Shown: piece by piece, positions 26,701-38,258 of the stretch
Numbering within the stretch: the first letter of the stretch is position 1
How the letters are laid out: every line of letters starts with the position of its first letter
NCBI GenBank assembly: GCA_905178155.1
Contig: CAJINV010000003.1
Location: 10,919,272-10,983,271, forward strand
Reading direction: 5' to 3'
Source: Amoebophrya sp. A120
Taxonomy: Eukaryota > Protista > Dinoflagellata
DNA length: 64,000 nucleotides
Position numbers and translations under genes: made by a program
Notes under the pieces: model-generated
Databases searched by the model: none
Seen by the model: only the letters and a program-made list of their open reading frames with translations
Told to the model about the DNA's origin: nothing

Positions 26701-28220
26701 TACACACGTTCACATGATTTTTCCGAAACAATGCAACTTGTGGCGCCGAGTTCCTGTCGGCCATACCCATAGATCATCTGTCATGATGCATCACTGCGGC
26801 CAGCAGCACTGCAATTAGTACGAGTGCGATGCTTTTGCAGGGCATACGGGCATGGCAGGCGCGGGGGCAGGCGCAGCCAATGCCGCCGCGAACAGCAAGC
26901 GAGCGACGAAGCGAAACACGAAAGTTTCCTCGACTAGCACTCTGCGAATTCTCGAGAACGCAATGAAGCGGCGGGGCAACGCGGCCGACACCGCGTCTTC
27001 CTTGTCATCCATGGGCAGCAGTGCGGAAAGCAACGCCCTCGGCTATCCACACGAAAGCTGCTCCTTTTTTACCCCAGACCGAGGAAGTGTCTGCATTGCA
27101 AACCATCTCAATGTTGTAATTGGAGCACTGCACCACAAAATCCAGGTGCAGAGTATCGCCTGGCCGTGTTGCAAATCGTGTTCTCGATGTCGATCAGGAA
27201 CTACGCTTTGAGTCCTTTAATTTGGGAAAGGAAACTTTGCATGGCCATCGGAACAAATTTCCACTCGTGGGACGCGGGGCACTTTTCAGCATAATACTGG
27301 CCAGGGCGCCGCGATGGTAGTGGGCAGTGGGGGTCCGATACGAGATTGCACAACTACTTTCCCTCCGCCTCATTTTTTGTAAAATGAAAAATACAAAGCC
27401 CAATACTTATTCACTATGTAGCCGCTCGCATAATCGATTGACAAGCTCCGGAGAGGGCTGACACAGCACTGAAAGGACACAGTGCAAACCTATCGTGCAG
27501 CAAAAAGACGCATCGCTGTCCACGCTACTTTTCTTGCAGTGCATGCTCCGCGTCCACCCAAAGCGATGAGGGGGAGGGAACAAGGTGTGCACTCTGATAC
27601 GCGGGGACGCTCGGGTCTAACGTACCGCGACCCAGTGCCATGATCGGGCGCGGGCGGTCCGGTAGCATTTCGACCACACCCGGGCAGCTCTGGAAGGACC
27701 TCCGGGAGTCTCGGGCGGAGCGCGATCGGTCCGTCCACCTCGCGGCGACGTTGGAAGAGGAGAGCAATGTCAACAGTTGGGAAATGCTCTCAAACCTGGG
27801 GACGAACCTGTATGGATTACAAATATGTCTGGGTCTGGAAGAATGGAACTTGTAATGCTGTGTGCGGATTCTAGAAATATCTGTGTTGCATGAGCAGCAA
27901 GAGGAGTCCAGTTCCTAGCACGCGGAGAGGGCATTTCTCATGCGCAATTAGCATCAAGAAGCTCTCAAAAAATCTGTAATGCTAGCGCCAGCATCACAGA
28001 CCTCGCGGGTCATGCAAAATGTGCATGACATTGACAAGCCTCGACTCTTCCAGACCCAGACATTTTTGGAGTTGATAACCTGTCGCAGAGGTCCATTGTC
28101 GGGGGCCCGAAGCATTCCATGTCCATGGTGTCCATCGGGTCCAACGCACCGCTCGGAATCCACCCCGAAATAGTCTATCCGTCCGCGGTACCGGAAGAAG
28201 ACGAAAAGGAAAGCAAATAA
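17791..28220 (+). CDS. CLC-family chloride channel / anion:H+ antiporter, multi-exon, with long low-complexity insertions and tail
   Basis: CLC motifs in order: PECIGGGMVATK (GSGIP position), GGGSPLGIEAPTFHL (GREGP), GCVAGLSQAFNTPIGSLLFVLEE, GGSG..GMFAPAMIMG (GxFxP), GMVGFFSASHRLPLTGSLCIYEL. ATG at 17791 in CAACAAG-ATG context. Whether the tail to 28220 belongs to this gene is inferred. Confidence 0.85.
18534..18892 (+). mobile_element. Introner-like non-canonical intron, TIR family 1
   Basis: TGCAAGGGTGTCTGGGGC ... CGCCAGACATATTTGCA. Direct repeat AATGCA. Removal gives in-frame EVPNA|CEEETY. Confidence 0.75.
20822..21135 (+). mobile_element. Introner-like non-canonical intron, TIR family 1
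   Basis: TTGCAACCATGTCTGGGTC ... CCAGGCATGTTTGCA. Direct repeat TGCA. Removal gives in-frame FPIC|NSYPTT. Confidence 0.75.
23752..24149 (+). mobile_element. Introner-like intron with a different imperfect TIR
   Basis: TATGCGGGCTAAAAGCGTACACTTCCTCCCG versus the reverse complement of the right end, TATGCTCTATAAAAACGAAAGCTTCCTCCCCG. Interrupts the CLC helix IMGGY..FGGGLG. Confidence 0.6.
24711..25003 (+). mobile_element. Introner-like intron, diverged TIR family 1
   Basis: GTCTGGGTC near the 5' end and CCCAGACAAATTTGC at the 3' end. Direct repeat TGC gives in-frame SSVC|HAYSEED. Confidence 0.55.
27817..28070 (+). mobile_element. Introner-like non-canonical intron, TIR family 1
   Basis: CAAATATGTCTGGGTCTGGAAGA ... 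TCTTCCAGACCCAGACATTTTTG. Direct repeat TGGA. Removal gives GTNLYG|VDNLSQ, open to TAA at 28220. Interior visibly similar to 53361-53611. Confidence 0.85.
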
Positions 28221-29982
28221 GGTGCAGACTGAGCAGCTGTCGGGCGGGGAGCACACCTACTTTTTTGCTCCAAGCGCACGACCACGATTTTAACATTCTA
28301 TGCCTGATGCTCGTGCCTGATCACACTCGGGTTGTATCGTCCGTGACGAAGACAAGAGAAAGTTGTCTTGGTGCGGAATTAAGATCTGCAAGGCTAAGGC
28401 GTGCAGCTTGTTGCTCTCTCGCGTCCAGCATCATAGATATGAGTATGATCGTATATTTGGGGTTTTCAGACGGTCACTATCAACGGTTTTCGCAGCTGGT
28501 GTGAGCCGCTTAATGGATAAGGACTTGAAAAAATATGATGATTCTGAAAAGTAATGTACAGTAGCGATGTGTCCAAATTGAAATTCGACTGTTTTACAAT
28601 ATCGGAGCAGGTTTGTCCAGAATCTTCGCCGTATTTTGAATTTGATTCTTCCTCTTGTACAGACACTGTTGCTCGTCGTAGTGCTTTCAGGTGCTCTTTG
28701 TTCGCATGAAATTGAATTAACTAGTGCTATTTCATCAATCGGCTGATAGATTACGATATCGGAAATGCAAATAGGTATTAGTGCTAGCGAGAACAACTGA
28801 GTAGAAAAAATCATTGCTGGAGTCCATCATCAATGCGCAGCATCAATGAAAAATTGATGAGCGCTGCAATACAAGTTTCCGTAATAACTATGAAATATAT
28901 GATTTGTTGGTGAAGAACAAGTAAAAAAGTGAAAGTGTAGAAATCGCTGGACCATGTCGCATAAGTCTTGCGCAACATCGCAAAAGAAAACCTGACAAAG
29001 TATAGCGATAGGTGCTAGGAAATAACAATAAGTAAGTGCCATCATTCAACAAAGGGATTTGCAGCTGCAAAAGCTATTGCTATTATGGGCATGGATTATT
29101 TGAAGTTGGTTGCCTACGTTTTCCAGTCGGGCTGCCGAAAAAGAAGAAGCGCAGCCCTTCCCTATAACACCGATATTACAACTAGTGCACTGCATAACTA
29201 AGTTCTGCGCACCACCATATGCACAGGCGTGGGTTCTGAATTCGCATCAGTATCTGCTACTGCTTTTGGCATAATTTTTCCGACTGTCGGAATATTTGCC
29301 AAACGAGAAAAATCATACAAAATGTTATGAATTATCAGACAATTTGAATTTGAATTCGCGTTCTCCTATCTATAAGCACTCGAGAAACTGCAATGCTCTG
29401 TGAGAACCTATCTTCTGTTCGGTGTTGGCGATTTTCGTGTTGCAGTGTATTTGTTCTTAGCCACACAGCACATCATGCTCACTATTGAAACGACTTCTCC
29501 TCGGTGGTTTTATTTTTTGCATATGAAGAAAATCACCTTAGTAGCAAGCCGTCCGCTCTTCCAGGTCGACAATGTTGAGCTATGAAGAAAACAAATTTCG
29601 AAACAGCAACACGAAAGATAAAGAACTCCTGGCTTTATATATACCCCGATGTGAAGATCAACAGTATCGGAATACGCAGCATTTCGATCACGAAAAATAC
29701 GATCAATTCACCTTTCATCGTGCAGTCGAATCTTTGACCTTGCCCTTGATTTTGGTTAAGGATGTGTTTATGATCATTTCCGTGGCTGCATGAATAATAA
29801 TTTCTTGTTACTCGGGGGTTATAACGTTAACATCCGGTGGATGTCACGACCAGATGTTAATGTGAAAATATACACAGATAATTCACCTCGTTTATGTAGT
29901 AAGTTAATCGTATTACACACAGGAAAGAAATGCCGCGGCAGCACCTTCGGAAAAGAGAGGTTTAGCGTTAGGACGAACCACC

Positions 29983-32900
29983 ATGGGAGGCAAGAAGCAG
30001 GAGCCGAAAGGTCAGCCCCAAGGGGCGCCGCAACAGCTTGGAGGAGACAAAGCCAAAAGCGGTAGCAAAAACAAAAAAGCACCAGCGACGGCACCAGAAG
30101 CCGCGCAAGGAGCAAATGCTAATGCGAAGAACATCAGCAAGAATAACAATATTAAGGCGTCGAACTTGACTGGAAATGCGGCCCCGCCTTCCAAATCGAA
30201 AAAACAGTTGGCAGAGGAGCGGCGGCGGGCGGCAGAGGAGCAGAAGGCACAAAGAGACGCTGTCTGGGATAACATGCTGAACCCGGCGTGCGAGGACCTG
30301 TCCGAAGGAACGTCAGACGAGGACGAAAGTGCCGCCTTACAGCCTGAGCGAAAGGCAGGGAACAGCGACAAAATTGGAAAGTTTTCACCAGCAAAAAGAG
30401 CTACGGAAGATGACACGAGCGCCGGCGATGGTGCTCGCAGCTGCAAGAATTTTTCCAGCTCCGCCAGTGCGGACCGAAAGCTCGTTGATGTCATGATCGC
30501 TGCCGATGCTGGCGCAGCAGAGGACGAAGTGGCTAAATCCAGCCAGAGACTTCGAAGACAGGGCCTGCAAAATGAAGAAATCGATGTTGCAAAGCAATAC
30601 GAGGCAGCGAAGGCAGAGCTCGAGAAACTCCAGAAGAAGGCGGAAACGAACGCGAAAGGCTTGTCGAATAAAGACAAGCGGTCACTGGAGAAATTAACTC
30701 AAAAGGTCGCGGAACTGGAGGAAGACGCAAGACGAGATCAGGAAAGTAAAAGCTGTCCGATATTAGACGATAGCGTGCCCGACACTCGGCTGCTTGCAGA
30801 AAAATACTCGGAAAAGCTTCGGCCCTTTCACTTTTCGATCGCCGACGAAGCCACAGCCGCATCACAAAGCACCGACCTCATCATCGACCGGTTTTCCATA
30901 AGTGTAAAAGGCCAAAAGCTTTTCGACGACGCGCCACTGAAACTTGTACAAGGGCGCAGGTACGGGCTTCTCGGGCCCAACGGGCGCGGAAAAAGCACAT
31001 TGCTGCTGCACCTCGCAGCCGGGAAGTTTCCGATGCCAAGCACATGGAGCTGCATCTTAGTGGAGCAAGAGGTAGCCGCGTCCTCCCGGTCGTGCGTGGA
31101 AGAAGTGCTCTTTGCCGACCAGGAATTGCAGAAGTGGCGGCGAGAAGAGGCAGACCTTTTCGCGCAGCTCGCGTATACTTCTTCTTATCACCTCACTTCC
31201 CGTTGTTCCCTTTCCACACAAATATTACTAGCAAAGCCAGCTTCGCCTGCAGGTAGGCATTAGAAGAAATGCAAATGTCAGCTAGCATCATCTAGATAAA
31301 CAAATCAAAAAAAAAGAAGCGCCGGCCCCAAAACAAAGCCGCGGCGCGCCCAATGTGGTCGTCGCGGCTCCGGCTCGCCCAGATTGGTCGCTCCATTTCC
31401 GGCGCGCCCAGTCTGGTCGTCCCGGCTCCGGCGCGCCCAGTCTGATCGCCCCGGCTGCGGCGTTCCCGACCTGGTTGCCTCGGCTTCGGCGCGCCCAATC
31501 TGATCAACCCGGTCCCGAACGGTCGGGACGATTTTTGGCTGGTCCGACGGCCGTCGGACGACTTTGGGCTGTCCGACGGCCGTCGGATGACTTTCGGTTG
31601 TCCGACCGCCGTCGGACGACTTTTGGGTATCCGACGGCCGTCGGACGACTTTCGGCTGTGCGACGGCCGTCGAGCAACTTCTGAGCCGTCGGGCGACTTT
31701 TGGCCGCCCGACGGCCATCGGACGACTTTTGGGCCGTGGGATAGCTTTTGGATGTCCGAGGGCCGTCGGAGGAATTTTGGCCGTCCGACGGCCGTCGGAC
31801 GACTTTTGGTTGTCCGACGGCCGTCGGGCGGCTTTTGTTTGGTTGTCCGACGGCCGTCGCACGACTTTCTGACTGGCCGCCGGACGACTTTCGGCTGTCC
31901 GACGGCCGGCGGACAACTTTTGGCCGTCCGACGGCCGTCGGACAACTTCTGGCCGTCGGACGACTTTGGGGCCGTCGGACAATTTCGGGCCGTCCGACGG
32001 CCGTCGGGCGACTTTTGGGCCGCCGGACAACTTTTGGCTGTCCGACGAGCGTCGGACGACTTTTGGCTGTCCGACGGCCGTCGGGCGACTTTTGGGCCGT
32101 TGGACAACTTCTGGGTGGCCGTCCGACGGCCGTCGGGCGATTTTTGGCTGTCCGACGACCATCGAACGACTTTTGGCCGTTCGACGGGCGTCAGACAACT
32201 TTTGGCCGTCCGACGGCCGTCGGCTCGGACGACTTTCGGTTGTCCGACGGCCGTCTTGAAGTCGAAAGCGAAACTCAAACTCCAAGTGGATTCTGAAACT
32301 CGAAGTCGAAACTGAAACTGGAACTCAAACTGAGTGTCGAAATTCAAACTCAAGCTGAACGCTGAAACTCAAACTCAAACTCAATGTTGAGACTCAAACT
32401 CAATGTTGAGACTCAAACTCAAACTCAACGCTGAAACTCAAACTCAAACTGACACTTGCACTCTTTTACGCCAAGGTAGTTAGTATCTATACCAGGATAA
32501 GATTTCATTTTCAGCATTGTTTAATATTGTTGATTTACATCAACTACAACTTCAACTCAAGGTTAAGGTGTGACTACTGGATTTGTGCTCCTCGTGTTCA
32601 TCTTCCTGCGCTAACTACTCGATCGCAATTGTCTCAAATATGTTTAGTTCCAAGCCGTGTGATATAGATGCTGCTCGCTGTAACTGCTGCCGCAGTTTAC
32701 GTTTTCGAATTTCAGTACGGATTTTTGCTTTGCTTGTTGGCTTGCGCGTTGCGACCACGATTGTAGTACTTGTTCTTCCCTCCACCATTTCAGGGTCATC
32801 GAGAATGACGGTGTTGAAGCTGCGGGTCTACTAGGTGACGACCCAGTCGCAGCAGCGAAGGCATTGGAGGCGCTCGTGGACCGGGCACAAGAAGTGAGTA

Positions 32901-34790
32901 GCAATTTGACGGAAAAGGAGTCAGCCGAATCGGAAGTGCGACGCATTCTTGCGGGTCTGGGGTTTTCCGAGGAGGGTATGGAAGCGGCAACAGAGAACTT
33001 TAGTGGGGGCTGGCGTATGCGCATCGCGCTGGCCAAGGGCTTGTTTCTGAAGCCCAAGCTCCTCCTGTTGGACGAACCAACGAACCACTTGGACCTGGAG
33101 GCGGCATGTTGGTTGGAGGATTACTATCCAAGAACAGAAGAGTTTTTGCACTCGACGACCCAGGCCAGAGAAAGTAGAAAGATCATTCTTATGTTTGCTC
33201 GCGCTGGCTGCAATACAGAAAGCATTGCGAAGACATGCGAAGACCAAAAGGGAGTTGATTCTCTATTATGCAGAATGCAGTTACTGCTTGATGTCCTGCT
33301 CCTTCGGGTCTTGATGTCCTCCTTCGGGTCTGGGACTGTAAAAGCGATTCGTTAATAGGTGCTTTCAGACGTGTTAGTTATGTTGCTAATTATTTGATGC
33401 AAAACCAGGACTCCTGCAATTTTCTCTGACACTAAGGCTGAACAACCGCTGCAGCACATATTTCGTTTTTCTCTGGTTGTACAGGTGTCGTCGTGCATTT
33501 CTGTAGAATAAGTATTTGGCAAGCTACCCGCACACGCTGCTTACCGTGTCCCACGACGCCGAGTTTCTGGACCAGGTGTGCACGGACATGGTCGCGCTGG
33601 TCCCGGAAACGGGCAAACTTTTGTACGCGCGCGGCAGTTACAATTCCTACAAACAGAAGAAAGAGCAAGAGCGAGCGGCGGCCCTGAAAGAGTACAAAAA
33701 ATCCGGGCAGCGGAAAGATCTGAAGCCCCGCCCCGACTACGTAGTGAACTTTTCCTTCCCGGAAGTAGACGACGTGGCGCATCACGGGTCCGCCAGCTCG
33801 TGGATCAGCGCACAAGACGTGTCCTTTGGCTTCAGTGCAGCTTCTCCCGCAGCAGCAGAAGCTTCCGCCCCGGCTGGGAACGAGGGCACAAGAGCAAGCC
33901 GCGACATCAGCACGAGTTCAAAACCTATGAGCAAGAGGCTGCACACGGGTCCAGGGACCGATCCGTCATCTTCGTCTTCGGGTGGCGACGACGCATTGCT
34001 GTTCAAGGATTTGTCGTTGCGCGTGGACGAAAGCTCCCGAATAGCGCTCGTTGGTCCCAACGGCTGCGGCAAAAGTACTTTGTTGCGATTGCTGATGAAA
34101 ATGCAGGTCGAGCCGCAGGATGGCTTTGTGGAGCACAGCAAGCAATTGCGTGTGGGGTACTACTCGCAGCACTTCGAGGAACTGCTGCCTTTAAGGAAGA
34201 AAGCCGCAGTCGGCTCTTCTACCACTGCAACGAAGGGGGCCAGCGGCGGAATTTCGGCCTGCGAATTTTTTGTGCAGCAATTCCAACTGAGTGAGCAAAA
34301 GGCACGGGCCACCCTCGGATCGTTCGGCCTGCAGTCCGCACAGCATCTGATCCCCATGACGGAGCTCTCGGGCGGGCAGAAGGCTCGTGTTTGCTTCGCC
34401 AAGATCACCTTGCAGAAACCGCGGCTGCTGATTTTTGACGAGCCGACCAACCACCTCGACTTGGAATCCGTAGAAGCGCTTATGGAAGCCCTGGAAACCT
34501 ACAGCGGTGGGGTAGTGCTTGTCAGTCACGACGCGCGACTAGTGCGGAGCGTCACGAATGTCGAGCACGCATCCTGCGCACCCGGCACTGTGTACAAAGT
34601 CGAACGGGAAGGGCTCGTTGAGATCTCTTACTCCAGATACGTGCGGCAAGTCTTGAACGAGATCGAGCTCCGAGCACAGGCCAGTCAAGCGAGAGCGCAA
34701 AAGAAACAAGCTGAGGCAGAGGAGAAGAGAAAACAAAAGCTGCGCTCAGTGCAAAACAAGTACAAGGCCGGGGGCTCGAAGAAAATATGA
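29983..34790 (+). CDS. ABC-F family ATPase (ABCF/GCN20-like), 3 exons (~29983-31172, 32794-~33121, ~33513-34790)
   Basis: Two NBDs: [16 protein letters not shown] / [12 protein letters not shown] / [12 protein letters not shown] / TVSHD, and [13 protein letters not shown] / LSGGQKAR / [11 protein letters not shown] / LVSHD. No TM domain. Intron 1 is GT-AG (31173-32793); intron 2 is non-canonical with an imperfect IR. Confidence 0.93.
31342..31515. repeat. Degenerate 29-bp tandem repeat (CGGCGCGCCCAGTCTGGTCG...), about 6 copies
   Basis: Units read directly from the sequence. Confidence 0.8.
31520..32256. repeat. ~30-bp tandem array with the palindromic core GTCCGACGGCCGTCGGAC
   Basis: Roughly 20-25 degenerate units of GACTTTTGGC-linker plus an 18-bp perfect palindrome. 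Confidence 0.9.
32270..32450. repeat. Degenerate (AAACTC)n hexamer array
   Basis: Read directly from the sequence. Confidence 0.85.
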
Positions 34791-35327
34791 GTCCGACCCT
34801 AGTAATTGTAATACTGCACATACAGCGATAAATAGCGCTAGATGTTGCGAGAGTCACATCTGACAGCTGTCCTAGTGTTTTTCCCGGATTCAGTCTCAAG
34901 ACCTTATGGTCATGAACTACTTACACGAAATGTTCAACAGATATGTAAGTGGAGTCACCAATAGATATTGGACGGCCGCGACACGTACAAGTAGTCACAA
35001 TCACATGACATTGAGTGAGAGAAGATTCTTGTCGCTCCTCGTTCTATTCGTGAAAAGAGGTCGTTGATGAAATTGGCGAGGATTGAATGAGACGTCGCGT
35101 GAAAAAGAAATACCAACCCTCCGCGATCGTGTTTTATGTCGACGACTATTTCGTCCTTCGTTCGCACCTCGACGACGTTCCATGAGAGTTATGTTGCAGT
35201 TTCTTTCGCAGACAGAGGCAGAGCATCCAAGTTGATGTCCTGCTCCGACGTGGTGCAAAAATTATCTCCAAATTAGTACCAACTGATCACGCGTGTGGAT
35301 GTCCTCTTGCTCCTCACCAGAAACAAG

Positions 35328-37199
35328 ATGAAGTCTTACACATACCTCTTGGTCGCTCAGTGGTCGGTCTTCCAACTTGCGACTGCGAGACAGCGCATGC
35401 TCCGGCGAGAGCCGCGACCGCTACCAGTTAGCGAGGAGGTGGTATCTCCATCGAGCCAGGCGCTCGGTCACCAAGAGCCAGATGAACAAGGAGCAAAAGA
35501 CGACTCCTCAACCACTTTCCTCGCTCTCGGAGAAGACGAGGAACAGCATGGGGGTGCTAGAGCCAAGCCCAAGGCCACGAAGCGGAAAAATGAAAATCGC
35601 GATGAACGAGGGGGTACAACTACAACTTCTCCCGACCACGGAGCGGCACAGCGTGTCAACCAAGGAGATAATTACGGAGACAAGGTGAACTATGACCTGG
35701 ATGCGATGGATAACGAAGGGTGCTCCAACCTGAACAAGTTGCATGTGCGAGAGTCGAGGTTGCGGTACAACGAGGACCCACTTTCGTATCAGATTCGGCA
35801 GCTGGGAACGATGCTGAGCCGCGCGGAACGCATCACGGACACGGATTCCACAGCGTTCCGTGAAGCCTACACAGCGGCACTGCAGCAGCGTGACTGTTTG
35901 TTCTGGCTCATCGACGAAGCAAAGGGCGAGCCGGAGCTTGCTTCTCACAAGGCGATCGACCATGCTGTGGAAGGTATTGATGATTTTCTTCGGAACAATG
36001 AACTGCTTCGACGTGCAGAACGAAGCAAAGTAGACCATAGTGCATTTGCCGGCTTCTTTCGACAGCGGGTCGCTCGCACTTGCCTTTTTGAAAAGACCTA
36101 AAACCAAGTACAAAAAATAAAAATAATGCGCTCAGTATACTTTTTTTGTTCATGATCATGGGCTCCGGTGAAAACCGCAAATCGGTAATACATACTTACG
36201 ATGCCGTCGTCGCGTCGTTCTTGAAGAAGATTTCGAACAATCAGACAAGAGTAAGCGGACCTGGTCTTTTTTGAAAACACACAGTTAGTGCTCTCGCGCG
36301 CGCCGGTGATATCAGCGCGTTGGAGAAGCGGTACCGCACCCTGTTCAGCGGGGAGGAGAAGCCACGCCATTTGAAGTCGGATGTTTCAACCAGCGATGTC
36401 TTGCGAAACAAGGTCCGAAGTGGTGAGTTCGAGGACAAATTTGACAACTACCTTGCCATGCACTATGGAAGCATCAGCTTGGAAATCTACTGCAAAGTGG
36501 AAAGTGTAATGATCTGTGTAGAAGTTCGCAAAACGGGCAAGAATGTGCCAAGCGGTTGCTATTAAAGAGCACGCCGGGTGGCGAAAAAGCGGTCCCTCTC
36601 CCTATCATCTATTTCCCCTCCGGACCATAGAGACAGTGTGATGAATTGCTGTTGGGTGCTGTCTCAAAATAAAAATGCCATACGTCACCGCTTACTAGGA
36701 CAGAAGTCCGCTATTGCGGGGGGCCCAAGAACAGGCACAGCTATCCGCTCCATCAATATGCATGCACAAAAAATAAAAACTGTGATTGCAATTGCTATTG
36801 CACTTTGAAACTTTGTCGAAGATTTCCAATGGCTGACGCCTCCATATGCACATTGTGCAGGAGAACGACAACGCGCGCCCGGGGGAGAAAACCCTCCTGT
36901 CGGAGGGGACCGCGCACAACAGCGCGGGCGAGTCCATGGTGGACGTAGTGGAGAAGGCGGGCGCCTGGTTTGGGAAGCAGGAACGAGTAGCAAAGCGGCT
37001 GCGAGACGACTACAGCCAAATGCAAAATCACTTGGAGGCGGCTGCCGTCAGTCTGCCCGCAGACATCGAAGCGAACCCGCCGGAGTACCCGGACGGTATC
37101 GTGAATGGCGCGAAGGCACTGAAAAACCTGCGCAGCGTCGTGCCAAGCTTCATCCGTCACACGAAGGACAAACTGATGAAAATTTTCGAACAGGTTTGA
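35328..37199 (+). CDS. Multi-exon hypothetical protein with a putative signal peptide; 3' end uncertain
   Basis: AAACAAG-ATG start, MKSYTYLLVAQWSVFQLATA. Coding-like ORF pieces at 35328-36070, ~36290-36470 and ~36850-37195. Confidence 0.5.
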
Positions 37200-38258
37200 A
37201 TGTAGTTTGTCGAATTTAAGAACAAGAAAACAGCAATGCGAAAGTGCCCTGTAGTGCGTGAGAATGAGAAGTGTAAACGTTGTTGGGGATGATGAACCTC
37301 CCGTCAAGAACACCCTCCTACCAGAAGAAGAAAAAGTAGGGTGCGCCATAGCAACATGAGGGTGACGAGTGCGGCGCCCAAACTCTCAGTTACTTAACCT
37401 TTCTGAATGTATGTCTATTATGAACCAATGAAAAATGATGTTTGTGCCTGTGTTTCTGTGTATGTGAATAACCACCGTAGTTCTTCTTCTTGTATAAAAA
37501 TAAACGAAACAATTCCCCCGCCCGTTTCAGTTTCTTACTCTTAGCACGTCGAAATTTTGCGAATGTAAGCTTTGTTGTAATTGTTGCCGGCTAATACTGA
37601 TCAAGTAGAATGATGCAGCATAAAAATCTGCAATGATTCAGCACTACAGTCGTCCTCCCCGCCACGGACGAGATGTTCGGAAGACATGGCCTGTCAGGTG
37701 ACGGGAACTCGAAAAACACAAAGCCACAGCACAAACGCTCACAGTCTTGGAAGAGCGTGTCGACAGAGACAAATTCAAAACGCAAGGAGGGAAAGAAGCT
37801 GCTGGGAGAGAGGGAAAAGATAAGTAGCTCCATATGTTGTATCTATAACTGTGATTTAATGTAACTTGGAGCGACAAAGACAATAAAAATTGTGGAGCGA
37901 GAGCCGCACCTGAGCAGACTACAAAAACAAAAGTGGACAACAAGCGAAGCATTTCATTTCTCCTGCCGCCCTCGTCTTTTTTCGGATCCTGCCCTGCAGC
38001 ATCAGACGAAAACAATGAACCAAGGTTTTATTCAACAAAAGAAGAGGTGTGGCTCTAAGTTCAGGCTCACTGCTATACTTTGCGATAGAACTACAAGTAT
38101 CTGGTTTTATTGCTAGGGCAGGACTGGTGTTACTTACTCGTTTTTTGGTATTGCATCTTGCACCATCTTTCTTGTTTTTGTTACTTTGATTCGTCTTCTT
38201 CAGCTCGACGTTGATATCTTTCGTTTGCCGCTGACCGTGTGTACAATTAGAAAAGGAA

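Larger units (their letters stand above)
31256..32472. mobile_element. Non-autonomous TIR element filled with minisatellite sub-arrays, inside ABCF intron 1
   Basis: GGCATTAGAAGAAATGCAAATGTCAG versus the reverse complement of the right end, GGCGTAAAAGAGTGCAAGTGTCAG. Flanks CAGGTA / AAGGTA are a candidate 6-bp TSD with one mismatch. Confidence 0.55.

Noticed and set aside
31292-31350. CTAG plus nearby GC stem as a Helitron 3' end
   Set aside because: Spacing and insertion-site bases do not fit, and a TIR/TSD model explains the boundaries better.
31520-32256. Palindromic repeat array as a CRISPR array
   Set aside because: Linkers are ~12 nt and nearly constant rather than unique spacers, no cas genes are present, and it sits in a eukaryotic intron.
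31292-32353. Long ORFs on both strands (353, 326 and 242 aa)
   Set aside because: By-products of a stop-poor tandem repeat inside an intron.
32270-32450. (AAACTC)n as interstitial telomere
   Set aside because: Does not match TTTAGGG or TTAGGG and is degenerate.
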